A DNA stretch of 32,000 nucleotides from Nitratidesulfovibrio vulgaris str. Hildenborough. GTDB lineage: Bacteria > Desulfobacterota > Desulfovibrionia > Desulfovibrionales > Desulfovibrionaceae. Position 1 is the first letter of the stretch. Each line of letters opens with the position of its first letter. Both the position numbers and the translations under genes were made by a program. The notes beneath the pieces were generated by a model. It did no database searches, was not told the DNA's origin, and was given only the letters and a program-made list of their open reading frames with translations. The stretch spans positions 3,060,001-3,092,000 of the forward strand of contig NC_002937.3 of NCBI RefSeq assembly GCF_000195755.1, given 5' to 3'. Of the stretch, positions 13,821 through 22,752 are shown piece by piece.

Positions 13821-15017
13821 CTACGCGAAGCGACCGTGACCATTGTTGCCCGCCCATGAAGGCAGCAGCACCGAGACGCGTGCGCCACGTCCGAAACCGG
13901 CATCCACCTCGATGTCCCAACCGCACTCGCCAGCGATGCGCCGGGCGATGCACAGCCCCATGCCCACCCCGTCAGCCTTGCGCGAGAAGAAGGGGTCGAA
14001 GATGAATGCCATGTCTTCGGGGGCGATGCCGGGGCCATTGTCCGCCACCTCGACCCGGCACAGTCCTCCTACGCACAGCAGCCTGCATGAGACCTCACCG
14101 CCGTCTTCCCGCGCGAAGTCCGAGGCATTGGCCAGAATCTCGAAGACAAGACGCTGCAAGAGCGAGGCAGCCCCGTGCACCATGTGCCCGTCCGGCACCT
14201 CGACCTGCCAGTGCAGGGTACGCCCCTGCTGTGCAGCACGCTGCCGCGCCTGTTCGAGGGCTGCCAGCACCGACTCGCCCACGGGCACCACCGTCCGGAT
14301 GGCATGGGGAAGCGAGGCGAAATCGGATACGGCACCGACCATGTGCTCCAGCCTTCGCGACTCTTCGATGATGGTATCAAGATAGCCACGTACCGGGTCT
14401 TCGGCCGGGGCGCGCCGCACAGCAAGACTGGCGAAGCCCCCTATGGTCATCGTGCGGTTGCGCACCTGATGCGCCACCGACATGGCAAGATGCGCCAGCC
14501 TCTCGCGCCCCTCCTCCACAGCGCGCAGGTCGCGGAACGAACGCAACGCAGCCGTCACCGTGGTGTGCAGCCGTTCTGCCGTGAGTTCGGTCTTGTGCCG
14601 GTAATCGTTGATGTCCAGTTCAGCGATGACGCGGTGTTCGGGGGCATGTCCCGGTTGTCCGGTACGCAGCACGATGCGCACGAGGTTGTTGCCTAGTTCC
14701 TCCCGCACCTTGCGCGCCACCTGCAATCCGGCATCGTTGCTTTCCATGACGACATCCAGCAACAGGACGGCGGTATCGGGGTGCCGACGCAGCATGTCCA
14801 GACTCTCGGCACCACTCGTGGCTTCGAGAAGGTGCAGCTTGCGCCCCTCGAATGAAAAATCGGAAAGAACCAGCCGCGTGATGGTCTGCACCTCGGCATC
14901 ATCGTCGGCCACCAGCACGTACCACGGAGTCGCTGCCGCACGGGGAACGTCCTGCCCGGGCTGTTCCTCCTCCGCGAAGAACAGCAGGTCGTCTTTCTCT
15001 TGCCCTGTCTGGGTCAT
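13821..15017 (-). CDS. Cytoplasmic hybrid receiver-histidine kinase, convergent with the cluster
   Basis: The ATG at 15017 is preceded by GGAGGAG; the track start at 15155 adds 46 unsupported codons. 398 aa. REC domain (VLVADDDAEV, VLLLDVVMES, INDYRHKTEL, a signature I associate with the DUF3369/RpfG-type receiver). Atypical H-box MSVAHQVRNRTMTIGGF. ATPase N-box FEILANASDF, G-boxes VADNGPGI and GMGLCI. Confidence 0.8.
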   Translation of the reverse strand: MTQTGQEKDDLLFFAEEEQPGQDVPRAAATPWYVLVADDDAEVQTITRLVLSDFSFEGRKLHLLEATSGAESLDMLRRHPDTAVLLLDVVMESNDAGLQVARKVREELGNNLVRIVLRTGQPGHAPEHRVIAELDINDYRHKTELTAERLHTTVTAALRSFRDLRAVEEGRERLAHLAMSVAHQVRNRTMTIGGFASLAVRRAPAEDPVRGYLDTIIEESRRLEHMVGAVSDFASLPHAIRTVVPVGESVLAALEQARQRAAQQGRTLHWQVEVPDGHMVHGAASLLQRLVFEILANASDFAREDGGEVSCRLLCVGGLCRVEVADNGPGIAPEDMAFIFDPFFSRKADGVGMGLCIARRIAGECGWDIEVDAGFGRGARVSVLLPSWAGNNGHGRFA

Positions 15018-15154
15018 CACTCCTCCACGGATACGGCACGGGATGCCTTCGGAGAATAGACCCATAGTACCCCAAGTACATGCCAACGCAACCCTGCGAG
15101 AGGAACCATCGGGCCGGAAAGGCGTCCGGCACCATGCCATCTTCCCGTCAGGCA

Positions 15155-15207
15155 TGGAGAAAGAAAGAGGGGAGCCTCACGCACAGGGGGGGTGGCGTGA
15201 GGCTCCC
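15155..15207 (-). terminator. Rho-independent terminator of acs
   Basis: Perfect 13-bp stem GGGAGCCTCACGC (15170-15182) / GCGTGAGGCTCCC (15195-15207), 12-nt loop. On the minus strand it is followed by CTCTTTCTTTCTCC. It lies about 60 nt downstream of the acs stop. Confidence 0.75.
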
Positions 15208-15265
15208 GGCACAGGGGGAATGGGTGCGGCACCTGTCGGGCAGCCGCGTATCGTCTGTTTGTCGG

Positions 15266-17251
15266 CTACCTTCCGGTAAGTTGCAGGCGACCTTCAATGA
15301 GGTCGGAGACGACCCCGGGGTCGGCGAGAGTAGAAGTGTCCCCGAACTCGCTGGTGGCCCCGGCGGCGATCTTGCGCAGGATGCGCCGCATGATCTTGCC
15401 GCTACGCGTCTTGGGGAGCCCCTCTGCGAACTGGAGCACATCGGGCGTGGCGATGGGGCCTATCTCCTTGCGCACCCATGCGCGCAGCTCGGCGCGGAGC
15501 TCCTCGGTCTCTTCCGCATCGGCGCCGAGAGTCACGTAGGCGTAGATGGCCTCACCCTTCACGGCGTGTGGCATGCCCACGACGGCGGCTTCCGCGACGC
15601 TGGGATGGGCGACCAGCGCAGACTCGACCTCGGCCGTGCCCATGCGGTGTCCCGAGACGTTGATGACGTCGTCGAGGCGGCCCATGATCCAGAAATAGCC
15701 GTCCGTATCGGTGCGTGCGCCATCGCCGGACTCGTACATGCCGGGAAAGCGTTCGAAGTATGTCGAGCGGTACCGTTCGGGCGAGCCGAAGATGCCGCGC
15801 AACATGCCCGGCCACGGCTTGCGGATGACAAGATGCCCGCCTTCGTTGGGCCCTGCGGGGCTGCCGTCGGGCCGGACGATGGCGGCATCGACGCCGGGCA
15901 GCGGCTGCGTTGCCGAACCGGGCTTGAGGGTGGTGGCGTAGGGCAGGCCCGAAATCATGATGCCACCCGTCTCTGTCTGCCACCATGTGTCGACGATGGG
16001 CAGGCGTCCCTTGCCGATGTGGGTATGGTACCACATCCACGCTTCGGGGTTGATGGGTTCGCCCACCGACCCGAGGACACGCAACGACGAAAGGTCGTGC
16101 CGTTCCGTCCAGTCCGTGCCTTCACGCATGAGTGCGCGGACGACGGTGGGGGCGGTGTAGAAGATGTTGACGCGGAACTTCTCGACGATGCGCCAGAAAC
16201 GGTCGGGCGAGGGCCACGAGGGCACACCCTCGAACATCAGCGAGGTCGCCCCGAGGGCCAGCGGGCCGTAGACGATGTAGCTGTGCCCGGTAATCCAGCC
16301 GATGTCGGCGGTGCACCAGTACACGTCGTCGTCCTGCACGTCGAAGACCCACTGCGTGGTGTGCGCGGCATAGGTAAGATAGCCGCCCGTGGTGTGCACC
16401 ACGCCCTTGGGCTTGCCGGTGCTGCCACTGGTGTAGAGGATGAACAGCATGTCCTCCGCATCCATCTCCTCGCAGGGGCGGTCGACGTCGAGGGTGCGGT
16501 CGGCCATGACCTCATGCCACCACAGGTCACGCCCCTCCTCCATGGTCACTTCGAGGCTCCCGCGGTTGACGACGACGACCTTCTCCACGCTGGGACACTG
16601 GCGCACGGCCTCGTCGACGTTCACCTTGAGGGGGATGCGCCGTCCGGCACGCAGCACCGCGTCGGCGGTGACCACGACCTTGGCCTCGCAGTCGTGGATG
16701 CGATTCTGAAGGCTCACAGCCGAGAATCCGGCAAAGACGATGGAATGGACAGCCCCGATGCGCGCGCAGGCGAGCATGGCGACAGCCAGTTCAGGAATCA
16801 TGGGCATGTACAGCGAGACGCGGTCGCCCTTGTGCACGCCCATCTTGCGCAGAACGGCGGCGAAACGGCGCACCTCGTCATACAGCATCTGGTAGGTGAG
16901 CACCCGCACGTCCTCTTCGGGTTCGCCCTGCCAGATGATGGCGGCCTTGTTGCGCCGGTTTCCTGCCACATGCCTGTCGAGGCAGTTGTGGGCCACGTTG
17001 AGCCTTCCGCCCTTGAACCACTCGATGCGCGGTTCGTTCATGTCGGCATCCAGCACGGTATCCCACGGCTTGAACCAGTCGATGAGCTGTGCCGCACGTT
17101 CGCCCCAGAAGCCTTCGGGGTCTTCGGCGGCACGCCGCACAAGCGCCTCTCGCGCGGCTTCGCCGGACACATGTGCCCTGCCCCGGCTGTCAGCGGGAGG
17201 GGCGAAGTGGCGCTTCTCATCCATCATGCTCTCGATACGTTCCTGGCTCAT
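15266..17251 (-). CDS. acs: Acetyl-CoA synthetase (AMP-forming)
   Basis: ATG at 17251 with GGAGG 5 nt upstream; the track start at 17491 adds 80 codons with no support. 661 aa. Typical Acs N-terminus ([32 protein letters not shown]), AMP-binding motif [12 protein letters not shown]-terminal [18 protein letters not shown]. Confidence 0.95.
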   Translation of the reverse strand: MSQERIESMMDEKRHFAPPADSRGRAHVSGEAAREALVRRAAEDPEGFWGERAAQLIDWFKPWDTVLDADMNEPRIEWFKGGRLNVAHNCLDRHVAGNRRNKAAIIWQGEPEEDVRVLTYQMLYDEVRRFAAVLRKMGVHKGDRVSLYMPMIPELAVAMLACARIGAVHSIVFAGFSAVSLQNRIHDCEAKVVVTADAVLRAGRRIPLKVNVDEAVRQCPSVEKVVVVNRGSLEVTMEEGRDLWWHEVMADRTLDVDRPCEEMDAEDMLFILYTSGSTGKPKGVVHTTGGYLTYAAHTTQWVFDVQDDDVYWCTADIGWITGHSYIVYGPLALGATSLMFEGVPSWPSPDRFWRIVEKFRVNIFYTAPTVVRALMREGTDWTERHDLSSLRVLGSVGEPINPEAWMWYHTHIGKGRLPIVDTWWQTETGGIMISGLPYATTLKPGSATQPLPGVDAAIVRPDGSPAGPNEGGHLVIRKPWPGMLRGIFGSPERYRSTYFERFPGMYESGDGARTDTDGYFWIMGRLDDVINVSGHRMGTAEVESALVAHPSVAEAAVVGMPHAVKGEAIYAYVTLGADAEETEELRAELRAWVRKEIGPIATPDVLQFAEGLPKTRSGKIMRRILRKIAAGATSEFGDTSTLADPGVVSDLIEGRLQLTGR

Positions 17252-17475
17252 CGTGGCCTCCGGCGTTGCTTCTTGTGTGGGCGGAAGGGGTTCGACCCTG
17301 ATGTACACCGCCACGCGGGGCGTGCGAAGGCCCGGAGGCGCCGTTTTCGGTGAGCGGTCGTCCGGGGCCGGTGAAATTGACTTTTTACGCCGCCCCGTGA
17401 CAAAACGACACGTGAACGGTTGCCGGTCGGCCCTCACCGCCCTCGAAGGCGGCCCCGCCGACGAGAGGAGGCACA

Positions 17476-20172
17476 GTGAGCCATTCCCCACTCGAACAGA
17501 TGTTCAAGCCCACATCGGTGGTGGTGGTCGGTGCCACCGCCGACGAGAACACCCCCGGTAACCGCATCATGCGCAACCTGCTGGCGGGGACGTTCCTCGG
17601 CCCGGTGCTGCCCGTGAACGACACGGGCGAAGCCGTGGCGGGCATGCCCGGTCATACGGCCATCGACACCCTTCCCCTCACCCCCGACCTCGCCATCATC
17701 TGCTCCCCGCCGGAGAGTGTGGCAGAGCACATCGCCGAACTCGGCAAACGCGGCACACGTGCCGTGGTCGTCCTCAGTCAGGGCTTCTACCGCTATGACG
17801 GCGAACGGCGCGAGGTGCAGCGCAACGCGGTGCTTCAGGCCGCACGCCGCCACGGGGTGCGGGTGCTCGGTCCCAACTGCCTCGGCTTCGTCTCCCCGGC
17901 TGTGGGAATCAATGCCAGCCTCATGCCGCGCAAGGCGCTACCGGGCAAGGTGGCCTTCGTCTCGCAGTCCGACTCGCTGTTCAGCACCGTCCTCGACTGG
18001 GCCACGTCCAAGAAGATAGGCTTCTCGCACTGCATCGCCCTTGGCGACCGCTACGACATCCATTTCCACGACATCCTCGACTACCTGAACAGCGACGTGA
18101 ACACGCGCGCCGTGCTGCTCTATCTTGAGACCATCGACAAGGCACGACGCTTCATGTCGGCTGCCCGTGCGCTGGCCCGCAACAAGCCCGTACTCGTGGT
18201 CAAGTCGGGCCGTTCGGCCGAGGGCGCTGCGGCAGCAGCGGCCCACTCGGGCATGCCCCTCGGTGCCGACGACGTGTACGACGCCGCCTTCCGGCGCGCT
18301 GGCATGTTGCGCGTGGCCGACATCGACACCCTGTTCAACGCGGTGGAGGCGCTGGCGCTGGCCCGCCCCCTGAAAGGCGAACGACTCGCCATCCTCACCA
18401 ACGGCGGCAGCCCCGGCTTCATCGCCACCGACGCCCTCATCCGCGGCGGGGGGACGCTGGCCGACCTTTCCGACGCCACATGCCAGCTTCTGGACGACAG
18501 CCTCGGCCGTGACTGGTCGTACTGGAATCCGCTCGTGATGCGCAGTTCCGCCGGAGGTGAACTCTACGCCCGGGCGCTCAACCACCTTCTCGAAGACCGG
18601 GGCGTGGACGCCGTGCTTGCCATGCATGTGCCCTCGTACGCCGTTCCCAGCGAAGAGGTGGCTGAAGCCGTGACCAAGGTGGCCCGGCGCTCCAAGAAGG
18701 TCGTACTCACAAGCTGGCTTGGCATCGACGACGCCGAGGCGGCCCGCAGGCATTTCACGGCACAGGGCGTGCCCACCTTCTTCACCCCCGACAGCGCGGT
18801 GCGCGCCTTCCTCAATCTGGTGGAGTTCAGGCGCAACCAGGACCTGCTCATGGAGACGCCCCCCTCGCTGCCCGACGACTTCATGCCCGACGCACTGGCG
18901 GCACGGCGGGTGGTCAACGACGCGCTGGAGGCCAAACGGCAGATTCTCGACCCCGCCGAGGCACGTGCCGTGCTCGAGGCCTACGGCATCCCCGTGGCGG
19001 AGGCCCTGCATGTGCGTGAACCGCGAGAGGTGGTCGAAGCTGCGGTGAGACTCGGCTACCCGGTCGCCATCAAGGTCGAATCCCCCGACGTGGCAAGGCG
19101 CTCGGTGGTGGGGGGTGTGGCCCTCGACGTGAAGACCGACGAAGAGGCGCTCGATGCCGCCCTCGTCACGGCGGAACGGGTCTGCGCGCAGGTTCCCGGT
19201 GCCCGCATGACGGGCTTCACCGTACAGCGCATGTGCCACATCGGTGCGGGAAGCGAACTTGCCGTCGAGACCGCCACCGACCCTGTCTTCGGCCCGGTGA
19301 TACGCTTCGGGCAGGGGGGTGCAGCCAGCGAGACATACCCGGACAGGGCCACGGGGCTGCCACCGCTGAACCTCGGACTCGCACAGGAACTCATGTCGCG
19401 CACCCGTGCCGGACGCACCCTGCGCCCTGCCGAGACCGGCGCGGTGAAGCTGCTTCTGGTGAAGGTCTCGCAGCTCATCATCGACATCCCGGAAATCTTC
19501 GAACTGGAGATAGACCCGCTCTTCGCCGACGACGACGGCATCGTGGCGCTGGACGCCCACATCCGCATCGCATGGACGACGCGCTCGGGCACAGACCAGC
19601 TCGCCATTCGCCCCTACCCGCGCGAACTCGAGGAACATGCCCACCTGCGTGACGGGCGAGAGGTGCTGCTGCGCCCCATCCGCCCCGAAGACGAACCTGA
19701 CCACTGGGCCTTCGTCGAGCATCTCTCGGCCGAGGACAAGCGGTTCCGCTTCTTCGGCAACGTGGCCCAGCTGCCCCGTAGCGAAATGGTGAAGCTCACG
19801 CAGATAGACTACGACCGCGAGATGGCCTTCATCGCCCGCGGCCCCGGTGAAGACGGCGCCACCACCACCCTTGGCGTGGTGCGCGCCATGGCCTCGCCCG
19901 ACAACAGCGAGGCGGAGTTCGCCGTGGCGGTACGGTCAGACCTCAAGCGGCAGGGCCTTGGCCGTATGCTGATGGAGAAGATCATCCGCTACTGCCGCAC
20001 CCGTGGGACACGGCGCATCGTGGGTGCGGCACTCGGCGACAACAAGGCCATGGCGGAACTGGCGCGCGCCGTGGGGTTCGTGGTCAGCAAGAACTACGAC
20101 GAAGACACGTGGCAACTCGACCTGCCCCTTGCAGACCCGCAGGACAAGTCGCCCGACGACGCTCGAAGCTGA
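17476..20172 (+). CDS. pat: Pat/YfiQ-type protein lysine acetyltransferase (NDP-forming acyl-CoA-synthetase-like N-terminal region fused to a C-terminal GNAT domain)
   Basis: 898 aa. GTG start with GAGGAGG 5 nt upstream. CoA-binding start [17 protein letters not shown], ligase-CoA and ATP-grasp-like middle region. The C-terminal ~190 aa are GNAT ([38 protein letters not shown]). Confidence 0.85.
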   Translation: MSHSPLEQMFKPTSVVVVGATADENTPGNRIMRNLLAGTFLGPVLPVNDTGEAVAGMPGHTAIDTLPLTPDLAIICSPPESVAEHIAELGKRGTRAVVVLSQGFYRYDGERREVQRNAVLQAARRHGVRVLGPNCLGFVSPAVGINASLMPRKALPGKVAFVSQSDSLFSTVLDWATSKKIGFSHCIALGDRYDIHFHDILDYLNSDVNTRAVLLYLETIDKARRFMSAARALARNKPVLVVKSGRSAEGAAAAAAHSGMPLGADDVYDAAFRRAGMLRVADIDTLFNAVEALALARPLKGERLAILTNGGSPGFIATDALIRGGGTLADLSDATCQLLDDSLGRDWSYWNPLVMRSSAGGELYARALNHLLEDRGVDAVLAMHVPSYAVPSEEVAEAVTKVARRSKKVVLTSWLGIDDAEAARRHFTAQGVPTFFTPDSAVRAFLNLVEFRRNQDLLMETPPSLPDDFMPDALAARRVVNDALEAKRQILDPAEARAVLEAYGIPVAEALHVREPREVVEAAVRLGYPVAIKVESPDVARRSVVGGVALDVKTDEEALDAALVTAERVCAQVPGARMTGFTVQRMCHIGAGSELAVETATDPVFGPVIRFGQGGAASETYPDRATGLPPLNLGLAQELMSRTRAGRTLRPAETGAVKLLLVKVSQLIIDIPEIFELEIDPLFADDDGIVALDAHIRIAWTTRSGTDQLAIRPYPRELEEHAHLRDGREVLLRPIRPEDEPDHWAFVEHLSAEDKRFRFFGNVAQLPRSEMVKLTQIDYDREMAFIARGPGEDGATTTLGVVRAMASPDNSEAEFAVAVRSDLKRQGLGRMLMEKIIRYCRTRGTRRIVGAALGDNKAMAELARAVGFVVSKNYDEDTWQLDLPLADPQDKSPDDARS

Positions 20173-20513
20173 ACGGGCCTTGTCCCGCCCGTGCAGTGAT
20201 GAAGACGGGAACCGGGCCGGACATGACGGGCAGGCCGACAACAGTCTGAAGGAGTGGCTTCCCGGGTGATGCTCACCTGCCGGCCTCCCGGCTGACAGCC
20301 TCAGGCTCATCGGACATGCTGCCTGCGCGCCTCGCAACGGCTACAGGCCTTGCTGTCTGCCGGTTCCGTGTCAGCAGGCCTCGCTACCTGCCAGCATCGG
20401 GCCAGAAGGTCTCTCTTCTGACGGTCTTGCGTGGTGAACGTTTTCACCACCTCCCCGTCTTCCGGACGGCACGTGCACTGCTTCAGAGGCCTTGCCCTTC
20501 AGCAACGCTCTTC

Positions 20514-21353
20514 TCACGCCTCGTGCGTCGACGCCTCCCACACCCTGACACGCGACCGCTCTTCAGACGTCAGCCAGTCCAGCCACTCTTCACGCAACAC
20601 GCCGTAATGGTTGATACGCAGGTCGCGCCACAGCGCCTGCCCGGTATCCCACGGCTTTGGGCCGTGGAAGTGGATGATGTGCCCCTCCGCCAATGCCGCC
20701 TGCCTGTAGGGAGGGCAGTTCCAGCGGGGGTCCAGTTTGGTGATGCGCTTGCCGAAGAAGTAGTTGAGCAACGACTGGTCGAGGTTGCCGATGCGCTGCA
20801 CATTCCCCGCACAGAAGGCGAGGAAGTTGTGGACATGGTCATGCCGCCTCAACCGTTCAAGATTGAAGAGCACCACGCCGCTGCTGTACGTCCAGATGGG
20901 AAAGGGCAACGGCACCACATAGCGCCTGCCGCGCCACATGTAGTCGAGTTCGGCGTGGTCATGGAAGAACGGGGCGGTGTCTTCGCGCGCCATGCCCATG
21001 TAGGGCGGACGCAGCGCGAGAAGGTCGTCCAGCGGGCGTCGGAAGAGCACATCACTGTCACAGTAGAGCACATGCGACTCGGCGGCGAGTTCAGGGACGA
21101 GCGCCAGTTCGAGCTTGAGAAAACAGCCGATGCACCGGTGGAATGCCGCCGGGATGGTGGTCGCGTCCAGTACCGGGCGATAGCGGGCAAGCAGCACACC
21201 TTCCTCTCGGACAGCATCCATGACGCCTGTGTCGTCACCAGCGTAGACGCACACGCATGTGATGTCGGGGTGCAGCAGGCGCAGAGACCGCACCGCAACG
21301 CGGAGCATGAGCAGATAGCGGGGGTTGTCGTCGATGCAGAATACGACCTTCAT
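20514..21353 (-). CDS. Family-8 glycosyltransferase (LPS/glycogenin-type retaining GT)
   Basis: In-frame ATG at 21353 (GAAGGAAAG upstream); the track starts 24 codons earlier at a GTG. 279 aa. MKVVFCIDDNPRYLLMLRVAVRSL, the CDSDVLF DxD motif, and IIHFHGPKPW, all typical of GT8. Confidence 0.75.
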   Translation of the reverse strand: MKVVFCIDDNPRYLLMLRVAVRSLRLLHPDITCVCVYAGDDTGVMDAVREEGVLLARYRPVLDATTIPAAFHRCIGCFLKLELALVPELAAESHVLYCDSDVLFRRPLDDLLALRPPYMGMAREDTAPFFHDHAELDYMWRGRRYVVPLPFPIWTYSSGVVLFNLERLRRHDHVHNFLAFCAGNVQRIGNLDQSLLNYFFGKRITKLDPRWNCPPYRQAALAEGHIIHFHGPKPWDTGQALWRDLRINHYGVLREEWLDWLTSEERSRVRVWEASTHEA

Positions 21354-21578
21354 GGTCGGGGCTTTCCTTCGACTGTGCTTGAGTGACAGGTCGTAGCCGC
21401 AACAGGGCCTTTGGGCACCGCACACGCCGGGGAATCACGACGACGCAACAGACAACGCCAGATGCACAGCAGATTGTATGTTGTTCAGATGCCCGGTCGA
21501 CACATAAGGCGCACGCCGGAATGCGATGGTCGACGGCAAACGCCCCATCAACGATGGCGCCATGATCGAAGGTCTTTC

Positions 21579-22178
21579 CTACGTCAAATCATCGCGGCAC
21601 ACCAGTGCCGACGGCAAAGGCGGTTCCGTCCGACGCAAAAGTCGCACCCAGACCTCGCCCGTGCCGGAATGGAAGAAGAGCTTGCGCCCCCGGTCGCCGA
21701 GAATATGCTCCGACTGCGGTTCGATGCCGAAGCGTTGCAACGTGGCGCGCGCCACCTCGACGTTGCGCCCCCCCACGTCCACGATGCACCGCAGGCGCTG
21801 CTTCTCTTCGGGGTTCATGGTGAACGCCCCGCCAAAGAGCTTCACGACGAGATCGTTCGCGGCAATGCCCCGGCGGGCGAATTGCCCCAGCAGTGTTTCG
21901 ATGGCGGCGTCCACGTACTTGCATGGAGTGCGCGCACCGTCTGCCGCACCAAGCACGGTGGGAAGCATGGCGTGAAAGATGCCACCCGTCTCCGTCGACG
22001 GATGATGGAACGTCACCGAGACACATGACCCCAGTACCGTTGCGATGAGCGCCGGACGTGCGGCAAGAATCCCCTCACCGATGCGAAGATGCAGGTGCCT
22101 GAGGTCGAGGTCCATCAATTCGGCGGGCATGCCCGCCACGGACCTTCTGTTCGTCTTGGCCCGGACTGCGTCTCGCAT
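21579..22178 (-). CDS. cheD: CheD-family chemoreceptor glutamine deamidase homologue
   Basis: 199 aa. Family signature IATVLGSCVSVTF ... GGIFHAMLP (catalytic Thr/Cys/His context) and VKLFGGA. The start is uncertain: 22178, or the ATG at 22130. It lies 33 nt downstream of ihfB on the same strand. Confidence 0.8.
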   Translation of the reverse strand: MRDAVRAKTNRRSVAGMPAELMDLDLRHLHLRIGEGILAARPALIATVLGSCVSVTFHHPSTETGGIFHAMLPTVLGAADGARTPCKYVDAAIETLLGQFARRGIAANDLVVKLFGGAFTMNPEEKQRLRCIVDVGGRNVEVARATLQRFGIEPQSEHILGDRGRKLFFHSGTGEVWVRLLRRTEPPLPSALVCRDDLT

Positions 22179-22211
22179 GGGTGTGGGTGCGACGCCTTGC
22201 CTCCCTGTCGC

Positions 22212-22487
22212 CTAGGGATTGATGATTTCCTTGAGTTCCTTCCCGGCACGGAACACGGGGAGTCGCTTGGGCGGAACCTCGACGTTATCGCCCGTCTTGG
22301 GGTTGCGGCCCTTATAGCCCCTGTAGCCCTTGACCTTGAACGACCCGAAACCGCGAATCTCGACACGGTCGCCCTGCAGCAGTGCGTCGCGCACCGAGTC
22401 GAAGAAGAGGTTGACAATCACGCTCGATTCCTCGGCGGGAATCTCATGGTTCTCCGCAAGCATCTTGACGAGTTCGCTCTTGTTCAC
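22212..22487 (-). CDS. ihfB: Integration host factor beta subunit (HU/IHF family DNA-bending protein)
   Basis: GTG start at 22487 with GGAGGT 6 nt upstream gives MNKSELVKML..., 91 aa; the track TTG start at 22529 adds 14 atypical residues. RVEIRGFGSF and GRNPKTGDNVEV...PVFRAGKELK match the IHF-beta pattern. Confidence 0.85.
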   Translation of the reverse strand: MNKSELVKMLAENHEIPAEESSVIVNLFFDSVRDALLQGDRVEIRGFGSFKVKGYRGYKGRNPKTGDNVEVPPKRLPVFRAGKELKEIINP

Positions 22488-22528
22488 CGTGATACCTCCG
22501 TATGGCGTGGCCCAGGCTAGGTAGGACA

Positions 22529-22552
22529 ATTACTTCATCCTATTGAAGTAAT
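22529..22552. promoter_or_regulatory. Perfect AT-rich palindrome upstream of ihfB (candidate operator or leader hairpin)
   Basis: ATTACTTCA (22529-22537), 6-nt spacer, TGAAGTAAT (22544-22552). It lies 42-65 nt upstream of the ihfB GTG in an otherwise GC-rich genome. Confidence 0.4.
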
Positions 22553-22752
22553 ACCGTGAGAGGAACGTCATGACAAGAGGGTGGCGTGAAAAGCCTCTGG
22601 TCGTCGATACGGTCGACAACCCCCGTCAAGGGGAACGTTCATGGCCCCGGACGTAAGCGGCAGAATGCCGCACCTTTTGCCCGGCCCCCCCGCCGCCACG
22701 CCGATGGTGGCGCAAAAAACGTCACGCGGGCCATTGCACCTCTCCATTGAGC

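Noticed and set aside
15071-15085. Sigma-54-like element on the minus strand (TGGCATGtactTGGG) about 55 nt upstream of the convergent receiver-kinase gene
   Set aside because: The -24 half is good, but the -12 half reads T-G-G-G rather than T-T-G-C. The geometry is plausible but the match is too weak to report as a feature. It is worth re-scoring with a position weight matrix.
15080-17353. 757-aa plus-strand ORF covering the acs locus
   Set aside because: It is antisense to a gene with unmistakable Acs motifs. Its product is Gly/Arg/His/Asp/Ala-rich with no recognisable motif and no RBS. This is a typical stop-free antisense frame in high-GC DNA.
17938-19722. 594-aa minus-strand ORF inside the pat gene
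   Set aside because: It is antisense to the well-supported Pat/YfiQ-type ORF. It has low-complexity Gly/Arg/His/Val composition and no start context.
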